From sequence record SRR31156797_2200: a stretch of 20,000 nucleotides of DNA; one strand, given 5' to 3'. The position numbers were made by a program, and so were the translations under genes. Below, piece by piece: positions 1 to 8,163 of the stretch (position 1 is the first letter of the stretch; each line of letters begins with the position of its first letter). The notes beneath the pieces were generated by a model that saw only the letters and a program-made list of their open reading frames with translations, searched no databases and was not told the origin of the DNA.

Positions 1-564
1 TTACAACACATAATCCACTCTTTGAAAGAAAATGGTAAGGCAGCGGTTGTTGTGCCTACCGGTTTTATTACGGCTAAATCGATAGATATGAAAATCCGAA
101 AGCACCTTATTGACAATAAAATGCTAGCCGGTGTGGTATCAATGCCATCAAATATTTTTGCGACAACTGGTACTAATGTATCAATTCTGTTTATTGATGC
201 GTGTAACAAAGGTGATGTGGTTTTAGTTGATGCCTCAAATCTAGGTACAAAGATTAAAGAAGGTAAGAACCAGAAAACAGTTTTAAGTGATTTGGAAGAA
301 CAACAGATTATTGAAGTGTTTAATAACACAAAGAGTGTCGATAGTTTGTCTGTCGTGGTTAGCTATGAAGATATAGCCGCTAAGAATTACTCTTTCAGTG
401 CCGGTCAGTATTTTGATGTGAAAATTGAATATACAGATATAACTGCAATAGAGTTTAAACAAAAGATGGAAGCCTATTCATCAAACCTTAATGAGCTATT
501 TAATCAATCAAAGGCGTTGGAAACTAAGATTGAAGAACAGTTAAAAGGTTTGAAGTATGAGTAA
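1..564 (+). CDS. hsdM: Type I restriction-modification methyltransferase subunit, 3' part (5'-truncated by window)
   Basis: Frame is open from base 1 (LQHIIHSLKENGKAAVVVPTGF...). HsdM C-terminal motifs 'GKAAVVVP.GF', 'VVSMPSNIFATTGTNVSILF' and 'YEDIAAKNYSFSAGQYF' are present, and the ORF overlaps the hsdS start. Confidence 0.9.
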   Translation, partial: LQHIIHSLKENGKAAVVVPTGFITAKSIDMKIRKHLIDNKMLAGVVSMPSNIFATTGTNVSILFIDACNKGDVVLVDASNLGTKIKEGKNQKTVLSDLEEQQIIEVFNNTKSVDSLSVVVSYEDIAAKNYSFSAGQYFDVKIEYTDITAIEFKQKMEAYSSNLNELFNQSKALETKIEEQLKGLKYE

Positions 565-1840
565 GCTAACGAAGTACCGCTTTAGTGATTTGTATTCGAT
601 GTCATCGGGGATCTCTTCTACTAAAGAGCAAGCTGGTCATGGGGCGCCATTTTTATCGTTTTCAGCTGTTTTTAATAACTACTTTGTCCCTGATGAACTG
701 GCAGATCTTATGGATGCGTCGGCAAAGCAGCAAGAAACTTATTCGATAAAAAAAGGGGATATCTTCTTAACTAGGACGAGTGAAGTAGTTGATGAACTTG
801 CCATGAGTTCAGTGGCAACCCAAGACTATCCTCGTGCGACATATAGTGGCTTCCTCAAGCGCTTGCGCCCTACCCAAAATGATATTAGTTATCCTAAGTA
901 TATGGCCTTTTACTTAAGAAGTTCATTATTTAGAAAGACGATGACAAACAATGCTGTTATGACTTTAAGAGCAAGCTTGAATGAAGATATCTTTTCTTAC
1001 CTAGATTTATTGCTTCCAGATTTTGATACGCAGGTAAAAGTTGGTGATTTGCTTTACGCCATAGATCAGAAAATTGAAGTTAATGCGCGTATCAATCACG
1101 AACTAGGACTAATGACGAAAACTCTATACGACTACTGGTTTGTACAATTTGACTTTCCCAATGCAGATGGAAAGCCATATAAAGCATCTGGTGGTCAAAT
1201 GCTTTACAACAAAACTTTAAAAAGAGATATCCCAGTTGATTGGGAAGCTCGTAATTTGGATAGTATTCTTAGTCGTAGTGGTACAGGCTTGAACCCAAGA
1301 AGCAACTTTAAGTTGGGAGAGGGGAGCAACTATTACGTTACTATAAAAAGTATAAATAACGGAAAGATAAATCTCGATGATAAGTGTGATCGAATCAGCG
1401 ATGAATCATTAACAATTATCAATAATAGATCTGATTTGAAGGTTGGTGATGTTCTCTTTACGAGCATCCAACCTGTTGGCGAAACGTACTTTATTCAAGA
1501 GAAACCAACAAACTGGAATATTAATGAATCAGTTTTTACGCTTCGTGCTGATACTGAACAAGTTACTTCTGAATACTTCTATATGCTTCTATCCGGTCAA
1601 GAAATGAAAGCTTACACAAAACAGTCGTCAGCTGGGAGTATTCATAAAGGAATAAGGCATGGTGTTCTTAAAGAGTTTATTCTTCCGTTCGGCGGTAAAG
1701 AGATAACGAAAGAATTTTCTAAAGTGCTGTCGCCCATACTGAAGAAGCAAGCATTAATTGAAAAAGAGAACCGCGTTTTATCCGAAACTAGAGACTGGCT
1801 ATTACCAATGCTAATGAACGGACAAGTTACGGTAAAATGA
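557..1840 (+). CDS. hsdS: Type I restriction-modification specificity subunit
   Basis: 427 aa with two TRD-like halves ('IKKGDIFLTRTSE', 'LKVGDVLFTSI'), central conserved 'LYDYWFVQFDFP...GKPYKASGG' and C-terminal 'LSETRDWLLPMLMNGQV'. Overlaps the hsdM stop. Confidence 0.93.
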   Translation: MSKLTKYRFSDLYSMSSGISSTKEQAGHGAPFLSFSAVFNNYFVPDELADLMDASAKQQETYSIKKGDIFLTRTSEVVDELAMSSVATQDYPRATYSGFLKRLRPTQNDISYPKYMAFYLRSSLFRKTMTNNAVMTLRASLNEDIFSYLDLLLPDFDTQVKVGDLLYAIDQKIEVNARINHELGLMTKTLYDYWFVQFDFPNADGKPYKASGGQMLYNKTLKRDIPVDWEARNLDSILSRSGTGLNPRSNFKLGEGSNYYVTIKSINNGKINLDDKCDRISDESLTIINNRSDLKVGDVLFTSIQPVGETYFIQEKPTNWNINESVFTLRADTEQVTSEYFYMLLSGQEMKAYTKQSSAGSIHKGIRHGVLKEFILPFGGKEITKEFSKVLSPILKKQALIEKENRVLSETRDWLLPMLMNGQVTVK

Positions 1841-2385
1841 TGAATATTGCGTATCGGCTACTGCTCACGGTTACGGCAACGTCCTTGTTGTTGATAATAT
1901 TTGTGGTGCAGAAGGGCTACACGTTAGGCTACTTTTTTGAAAGGTGCACCTACTTAACCACCTTGCCGAATGCAATTTCATACATTCTTTATCTCTTGAT
2001 ACCGATAGCGTTAAGTGGGCTGAGTATTTTCCTCAGTCGATACCTTGGCAAAGATGAGTTCAAAGCGGGTCAGGTGGTTGAGGTTGAGCATGCCAATAAC
2101 AGCTTTCTTCCTAGCTATCTGGGCTACTTTTTTGTAGCACTTAGTATCGGTAACTGGGAAACATTGTTTTTTGTCTATGGTGTTCTGTTCGTGTTCACTT
2201 TTTTATCACAGGCGCTTTACTTCAACCCACTGTTTTTATTATTTGGATTTGAGTTCTACAACATCAAAACGAAAAATGGTGCAACCATCTTTTTGATAAG
2301 CCGAGAGCGCTATAAAACACCAGGTGGCATAGTGATAGGCAAAGCTTATCGTATTAATAATTATACATTTATTGAGCGAGGGTAA
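1837..2385 (+). CDS. kwaA: Multi-pass membrane protein, Kiwa KwaA-like anti-phage component
   Basis: About four hydrophobic segments, with 'FLPSYLGYFF' and 'LYFNPLFLLFGFEFYNI' resembling KwaA. Coupled to hsdS (ATGA overlap) and followed 2 bp after its stop by a KwaB-like ORF. Family assigned by recognition, not by search. Confidence 0.7.
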   Translation: MMNIAYRLLLTVTATSLLLIIFVVQKGYTLGYFFERCTYLTTLPNAISYILYLLIPIALSGLSIFLSRYLGKDEFKAGQVVEVEHANNSFLPSYLGYFFVALSIGNWETLFFVYGVLFVFTFLSQALYFNPLFLLFGFEFYNIKTKNGATIFLISRERYKTPGGIVIGKAYRINNYTFIERG

Positions 2386-2387
2386 TC

Positions 2388-3218
2388 GTGGATTTAGTAC
2401 TGACTAAAGTTAAAGGTCGCAATAAAAAGAATGTATTTAAGCTGCTTTCAGACGAAACACTGTTCGAGGAGTTGCTCGTTACTGATGATGCCTGTGTTGA
2501 TTATGCCCCTGACCACAACCTAGACGAAGATTCGTGGTTTAAAATCGATAACTTTAGTCAACAGCCATACTGTCTTGATATTCTTAAAGTCGATTTTGAT
2601 TCAAAAGATTATGACGACCTTCCAAAAGCTAAGTTCAAAGATATTGCTCAGCTTTATGCTATTCAAGGCGATAATTTTTATTTTCAAAAAATAACGCCTT
2701 CTCTTTTTGTTACCAAGAAGATGATTGCATTCGGCGAAGCGGCGGAGCTTGAAAGTACTGAAAAGCGTTTGGTTGTTAATCAAGTGGCTGATGCTGTCTA
2801 CTACAAAGCGCAGGACAAGTTAGTCTTTAAGAGTCTAGCGACAATATCTAGCATCTTTAAAGGTATTGATGAGCTCTACAAAGAAGCAACAAAAGAAGAG
2901 GTTGAAAAGTTCTTAGAAGAGGACTTTATTGAGCTTGCTGATGGTTATGATACGTCGAAGGTATCAAAGCCTAACCGTAAACGTATCGCATTGGCAATGG
3001 ATACACTGGCGGCATTACCAGTGGAAGAACGAGACCAAATGTACTCGTATATTCATAGTTACTGTGAGCAAAAGTTAACGTTCGATAAAGAAAACAGTAA
3101 GTTTGAAATTAACTCAGACGATGAGCTGAAATATTTGCTCTACGGTATTGAGCAGCGTTTTTACACTACACCTTTAGGGCATGAAAAGCGTTTGGCTAAT
3201 TCAGTCCAACCAATGTAA
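2388..3218 (+). CDS. kwaB: Kiwa KwaB-like (DUF4868-like) anti-phage protein
   Basis: 276 aa acidic soluble protein with GTG start after GAGGG. Motifs 'FYFQKITPS', 'LVFKSLATISSIF' and C-terminal 'LLYGIEQRFYTT..GHEKRLANS' fit KwaB-type proteins, and it is paired with the upstream membrane protein in a defence context. Confidence 0.7.
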   Translation: MDLVLTKVKGRNKKNVFKLLSDETLFEELLVTDDACVDYAPDHNLDEDSWFKIDNFSQQPYCLDILKVDFDSKDYDDLPKAKFKDIAQLYAIQGDNFYFQKITPSLFVTKKMIAFGEAAELESTEKRLVVNQVADAVYYKAQDKLVFKSLATISSIFKGIDELYKEATKEEVEKFLEEDFIELADGYDTSKVSKPNRKRIALAMDTLAALPVEERDQMYSYIHSYCEQKLTFDKENSKFEINSDDELKYLLYGIEQRFYTTPLGHEKRLANSVQPM

Positions 3219-3452
3219 TACACTAGTTGAATAGTTATGCATTGTTATTTGATGTTATCGGGTTCTTAGCAAAGCCCATGACATCTCCCCAATGCGGTTC
3301 AAAAATGTGGGTATAACCATTGTTGAACTGCTAATTTGGTTTTTACATCAGTTCGGTTTCTTGAGAACTTACAGCGCTGCAAATTAAGCTTGAAGCATAA
3401 AATACAGAATTGATAAATTGTATTTTGACAACTTATGGGCTGTGTTAGGAAT

Positions 3453-3632
3453 ACGGCGGAAGTGACCTTAGGTGGTGTCGATACTGACGTACTGTCATCG
3501 AAAACCATGGAATGTAAAAATATCAAAGGCTTATACTTTGTGGGCGAAGTGATGGATGTCACTGGCTGGTTAGGTGGTTACAATTTCCAATGGGCATGGT
3601 CGAGCGGTTATGTTGCAGGGCAGAACGTTTAA
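3453..3632 (+). pseudogene. yhiN: 3' fragment (last ~59 codons) of yhiN / HI0933-family flavoprotein; attachment site of the Tn7-like element
   Basis: TAEVTLGGVDTDVLSSKTMECKNIKGLYFVGEVMDVTGWLGGYNFQWAWSSG is the characteristic C-terminus of HI0933/YhiN. Similarity stops abruptly upstream of T-A-E-V (GCVRN where EGYR is usual), and no 5' part is present in the window. Confidence 0.9.
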
Positions 3633-3636
3633 TTAA

Positions 3637-3716
3637 TGTATATAGACAATAAAGTTTGTATTTAATGTTTTAGGTTTGTACTTTATTTTGATTATTTCCA
3701 ATAAAGTTTGTATTTT
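3637..3716 (+). repeat. Tn7-like transposon end (tnsA-proximal) with TnsB binding sites; predicted 5-bp target duplication ATTAA (3632-3636)
   Basis: TGTATATA-GACAATAAAGTTTGTATTT parallels the Tn7 end TGTGGGCG-GACAATAAAGTCTT. Exact 17-bp repeat CAATAAAGTTTGTATTT at 3647-3663 and 3699-3715, with a degenerate copy TTTTAGGTTTGTACTTT at 3668-3684. Confidence 0.9.
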
Positions 3717-3761
3717 ATGAAAGGTAAACTACACTTTCTAGAACAAATTTAAGGGAATTAC

Positions 3762-4598
3762 ATGGGCAGAGGCAGAAAACTTCAAACAGAGGAAGACTTT
3801 AAGAGAGCTCTAAAAAATGGTTATGGTTTAGGTAGTTATAAAGACTATTTACCTTGGTACAGAGCTCAGGATGTAAAATCTGATGGGAATCGTTCAAAGA
3901 TTTTTGGCTTTAAAACAAGTAGAAACCATCACACCCTGTCTTCGATAGAAAGCGAATTTTTTTATATCGCTGATTTTAGTGGTTCTGTCTTGGATATCCG
4001 TGAGCAGTTCCCCTTACTCCCTCTAACTTTATCCCAAAGGATTGCTTCCACTATTTGTGTGAAGCATCCCATTCATCCTGAAAGTAAGTCCCCTATTATT
4101 ATGACGACAGATTTTTTGCTGACGTTGTACAAACCTCAAAATGCCGAACCTGTTTATCAGGCTGTAGCCATTAAGCCACCTGGCGAGCTCGATAAACGTA
4201 CTGCTGAAAAGTTAGACATAGAGCGAATTTGGTGGGAGTTATTGGGTGTTGAATTCAAACTTTTTACTGGTAATGAACTCACTAGAAACCAGAGTAAAAA
4301 CATAAAATGGGCCACTGCCCCTTTCCGTTCAAAGCCTGATAGCCTAGAGCAGAGCATTCATACCAATACGCTACTTGGGATGCTAAGTACAGGACGATTT
4401 TTAATCACCGATTTATGTGATGAGATAAGCCAAACGTTAAAGATATCTAAAGAAAGTGCTCTTCTTGAAATAAAGTTATTAATCTCTTTAAAACTGATTT
4501 TAGTAGATATGTCTTATCTAATTGCTGAATCCGGAATATTAATTATTCAAGATGTAGCATTAACATCATATGGACGGACTGCGAATGGTTCTAACTAA
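3762..4598 (+). CDS. tnsA: Tn7-like transposase endonuclease subunit TnsA
   Basis: 'GYGLGSYKDYLPW', 'RNHHTLSSIE', 'DIREQFPLL' and 'MTTDFLL...AVAIKP...EKLDIERIWW' are typical TnsA motifs. Confidence 0.95.
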   Translation: MGRGRKLQTEEDFKRALKNGYGLGSYKDYLPWYRAQDVKSDGNRSKIFGFKTSRNHHTLSSIESEFFYIADFSGSVLDIREQFPLLPLTLSQRIASTICVKHPIHPESKSPIIMTTDFLLTLYKPQNAEPVYQAVAIKPPGELDKRTAEKLDIERIWWELLGVEFKLFTGNELTRNQSKNIKWATAPFRSKPDSLEQSIHTNTLLGMLSTGRFLITDLCDEISQTLKISKESALLEIKLLISLKLILVDMSYLIAESGILIIQDVALTSYGRTANGSN

Positions 4599-6696
4599 AA
4601 ATAGTGTTTGGAAAATTACTAGACTCGAAGGTGTTGAAAATGGTGTGTATCGAGTCTTGGAAATATTTAAAGACCTTGATGCCGTTGTACTCTTCCCGTT
4701 AGAGCATACTAGACCAATTAAGCCCCTCCTAACAAAACTTAGCTCCTTTCATCGGACCATTAAACTAGGCACAACAACTAAAGAAGATTTTGCCTTACCT
4801 ATATATATGCAGGTAGATGAGCTTGATATTCCACATAAACAAAAAGCCAAAAGAGACAAAAACTTACAAATAATAGAACGTATCATTAAAGACAAGGACT
4901 TTTTGTTTGAGTATTGCATATCCAAACGCTCAGACTTGCTTGTAAAATATGCTCAAAATATAAGCGAACACAGAAATACAGTCGACAGGCTGCTGCAGCT
5001 ATATTGGAAGTATGGACAAGATAAAAATGCCTTATTGCCTGCATATGCAAATAGTGGGGGCGCAGGAAAGGAAAGGAAAGCAACGGTTCCTTTAGGTGCC
5101 CCTAAACGTTCTAGAACACTTGCAGTAGTTCGGTCCAGAAAATATATCCTAACTGAAAAAGACAAAGAAAAGATAAAAAAATCACTTAAAAAGCACTACC
5201 TTAAGGAAGGTGGGGACAGCCTTGTGGAAACCTATAAAAAGTTCTTGCGTAAGTATTTTGCTAGCGAAGTAAAAATTGCGGAAGCTCTTGAACAATTTCC
5301 ACATGCGCCATCTTTGCGACAATTCGCTTATTGGAAGTCTAAGTTGATAAGTAAAGATGTTGAGATACAAGCTAGGACATCAGTTCGAGATTATTTACTT
5401 AATAAACGCGGTACAACTGGTAGTGCGACAGAAAGATCTCCTATACCAGGTGACGTATTTGAAATAGATGCTACCGTTGCAGATGTGCATATAGTCTCTA
5501 CTTTCTCAAACCAACGAGTATTGGGTAGACCTACGATATATTCTATTGTCGATAGAGCAACTCGCATGATTGTAGGTTTTCATGTTTCTCTTTATTTCGC
5601 CTCTTGGAGGGCTGCTAGACAAGCCTTAGTAAATTGTTTTTTACCGAAACAAGAATATTGCTCTCAATATGGTATTCATATCAGTGAGGCCGAATGGCCT
5701 TGCCATCATATTCCGGAGGAGCTTGTGTGTGATAATGGTGAGATGATAGGCCTTCAACCTGAAGAACATTTAGTACCGTTTACCCAATTAAGTTTTGCCC
5801 CTCCATACCGTCCAGATCGTAAAAGCTTCGTAGAGCGTCGATTTGATATTTTAAATAAGAAGGCCATTCACCCCTTATTAGGTGCTACAAGGCGAGGTAA
5901 GGTCGTACGAGGAGAAATTGATCCTCGCAAATTAGCTATTTATACGCTTCATGAAGTAACACAGTTATTGATCGAAGCTGTTTTAGAACATAACAGAGAT
6001 ATTCTAAAACGACTTGCGTTTGAAACCCCATTGCTTATAGAAAAAGATCTGGCACCTACCCCAATCAATTGCTGGAAAGTAAATGTGGAGTTGCAAAGAC
6101 ACAGTCTAATTGAAGCTAATTACGATGACGTGATTTCAAGGCTACTCCCTCCAGAAATGGTTAGCATGACTGGTGATGGTATTTTATACAATGGTATGTA
6201 TTTCACCAATAAACGTATCATAGAGGATGATCTGGCTTCGATTGCTAGAGATAAAGGATGGTGGCAACTTGAGGCTAGGATTGATGAAAATAGTTCAAAC
6301 TACATATATGTGAGGTTTAATAGTCGAGAGCCTTTCGTTAAATGCAATTTGTCTCCCAAAAGTCGTATGTTTAGAGATTTACCTATCGTTGAATCCGATT
6401 TTGTTTTGGACTGGACAGACGAGAAAAGCGAAAAGATGATTGTTACTGCTGAATCTATAGATATGCAACACCGAACTGATGCAATAACGAAGCGAGCTAA
6501 GAACAGAGCAAAAGATAACCCTACTCCTCGAAAAGATAGATCTAAGGGGATTCAACAAAATAGAAAAGAAGAGCTTGAATTAATGAACGGAAAAGATACC
6601 ACTCAAGTGAGTAAATCGGTAAAGGATCATGACATAGTCGAGAATAATAATGTCGTAACTTTGCCAAGGCGTAATAAAAGAGCTCAGGATGTGTAA
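4585..6696 (+). CDS. tnsB: Tn7-like DDE transposase TnsB (ORF open from 4570; ATG 4585 is the likelier start)
   Basis: Catalytic triad in 'FEIDATVAD', 'LVCDNGE' and 'KSFVERRF'; also 'GRPTIYSIVDRATRMIVGF'. Overlaps the end of tnsA. Confidence 0.95.
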   Translation: MVLTKNSVWKITRLEGVENGVYRVLEIFKDLDAVVLFPLEHTRPIKPLLTKLSSFHRTIKLGTTTKEDFALPIYMQVDELDIPHKQKAKRDKNLQIIERIIKDKDFLFEYCISKRSDLLVKYAQNISEHRNTVDRLLQLYWKYGQDKNALLPAYANSGGAGKERKATVPLGAPKRSRTLAVVRSRKYILTEKDKEKIKKSLKKHYLKEGGDSLVETYKKFLRKYFASEVKIAEALEQFPHAPSLRQFAYWKSKLISKDVEIQARTSVRDYLLNKRGTTGSATERSPIPGDVFEIDATVADVHIVSTFSNQRVLGRPTIYSIVDRATRMIVGFHVSLYFASWRAARQALVNCFLPKQEYCSQYGIHISEAEWPCHHIPEELVCDNGEMIGLQPEEHLVPFTQLSFAPPYRPDRKSFVERRFDILNKKAIHPLLGATRRGKVVRGEIDPRKLAIYTLHEVTQLLIEAVLEHNRDILKRLAFETPLLIEKDLAPTPINCWKVNVELQRHSLIEANYDDVISRLLPPEMVSMTGDGILYNGMYFTNKRIIEDDLASIARDKGWWQLEARIDENSSNYIYVRFNSREPFVKCNLSPKSRMFRDLPIVESDFVLDWTDEKSEKMIVTAESIDMQHRTDAITKRAKNRAKDNPTPRKDRSKGIQQNRKEELELMNGKDTTQVSKSVKDHDIVENNNVVTLPRRNKRAQDV

Positions 6697-8136
6697 ATGA
6701 GAAATAGAATACAAGCAGTATACAGAGAAGCAATTCTACCTGAGCATCAAGGAAACCCTCTTATTGAGGCTCTGCCTCCAAAAGTTAAAGATGAAATTCT
6801 TATCGATGCTTTTACTTATTATCCTGACTTAGACGAGCATATTCGGATGCACCAAGATCCGCTAGTTCGTGAGGAATATTTAAGCCGATTAAAAACTTTA
6901 AGACAGCCACTTAGTGATTATATTCGGTGTTTTCGTCTCATTGAGCGAGCTATTAAGGATGGCTATTCCAGTAAGAACCCTTTAAGTCCATCAACCGTTC
7001 AATATGTGCATTATCTTATGGACGATAGACCACAAACCCAACCGTATTCAGGATTTTTTGAACCTAAAGCCGATACCATAACCCTTATAGGCGAAAGCGG
7101 TACTGGTAAAACAAGTATGTTGGAGCAAGTTCTTAATTATTTTCCTTCCGTTATAGAACATACGCAATATCGTGGACAGAGTTTAGAAGTTAGTCAGCAA
7201 GTTGTGTGGATTAAGGTTGATTGTCCTGATAAATCTAGTGTCAGAGATCTATGTGAAGAAATATTACTCAGATTAGATCTAGCTACTGGAGTGGAACAAA
7301 CTAAGCCGGCTGGAACGATTGGTTCTCTTATGAGACAAATCGAACAGAGGATTAAAATTAATTACTTAGGCATTCTAGTTATAGATGAAATGCAACGCTT
7401 AGAGTTAAAAAGAACTAGGGGCGAAAATAATCTTCTGAATTTTTTACATAGTTTAGTAAATAAGCTTGGTATTCCTTTACTTTTCTGTGCGAACCCACCT
7501 TTTGATGAAACACTATCAAAAAAACTGAAAGCAGCTAGGAGAGCTGAAAGTGGTGGCTATTGGAAGATGCATCCTTTACGTCGGAATAGTAAAGATTGGG
7601 AAGCATTTATCTGTGAACTTTGGGATCTTCAATGGACAAACACAAAAACACCTTTGACAAAGGAACTGATGTCAAAAATGTACGAGCTTTCACTCGGCAA
7701 TCTTGATATGTGCTGTCGTATATATCGGGAGGCACAAAGGGCCGTTATAGGAAGTGGAGACGAATGTATAAATGCCACGGTTCTAGAAAACGCGTATTAC
7801 TACGCTTGTGCGTTATCAAATGAAACTGCTGAAGTTAATGATCTCCGTGATCAATTAGGAATTCATCTTCCTCGTCGCAACAAATCAGTTGCTACAAAAG
7901 ACGAAGATAACACGAAGCCCAAGACTACGCCAAAGCAAAAGCCAGCGATTCTCGGAGATATAACCAGAGCTCAGCATCCTGAGTTTGAAATGTTAATCAG
8001 AGACGTGTTAGGTATGGTAAATCTACCGATAAAATCTGCTGATTTATTCCAGCAACTATCGGAATCTGAAGAGACGTATAACTCTACTAACCTTCCAGGT
8101 ATTTTGTACGAAAATCCTTTAGAAGATCTGCAGTAG
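6697..8136 (+). CDS. tnsC: Tn7-like AAA+ ATPase TnsC
   Basis: N-terminal 'GNPLIEALP', Walker A GESGTGKT and Walker B 'ILVIDEMQ'. Directly abuts tnsB. Confidence 0.95.
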   Translation: MRNRIQAVYREAILPEHQGNPLIEALPPKVKDEILIDAFTYYPDLDEHIRMHQDPLVREEYLSRLKTLRQPLSDYIRCFRLIERAIKDGYSSKNPLSPSTVQYVHYLMDDRPQTQPYSGFFEPKADTITLIGESGTGKTSMLEQVLNYFPSVIEHTQYRGQSLEVSQQVVWIKVDCPDKSSVRDLCEEILLRLDLATGVEQTKPAGTIGSLMRQIEQRIKINYLGILVIDEMQRLELKRTRGENNLLNFLHSLVNKLGIPLLFCANPPFDETLSKKLKAARRAESGGYWKMHPLRRNSKDWEAFICELWDLQWTNTKTPLTKELMSKMYELSLGNLDMCCRIYREAQRAVIGSGDECINATVLENAYYYACALSNETAEVNDLRDQLGIHLPRRNKSVATKDEDNTKPKTTPKQKPAILGDITRAQHPEFEMLIRDVLGMVNLPIKSADLFQQLSESEETYNSTNLPGILYENPLEDLQ

Positions 8137-8163
8137 GAATTTTTTCAAAGTAAGAGGGCGGAT

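Noticed and set aside
3395-3430. Minus-strand TGTCAAAATACAAT... as a Tn7-type end for the upstream island
   Set aside because: Only TGT and ACAAT match; there is no convincing AATAAAG core or repeated TnsB sites. Kept only as an inverted repeat near the junction.
3299-3562. Minus-strand 87-aa ORF
   Set aside because: Antisense shadow of the yhiN fragment and AT-rich spacer, with no recognisable motif.
3435-3632. 65-aa ORF as a standalone gene starting at ATG 3435
   Set aside because: The first six codons are unrelated to YhiN and there is no clear RBS; better explained as a gene fragment with a fortuitous start.
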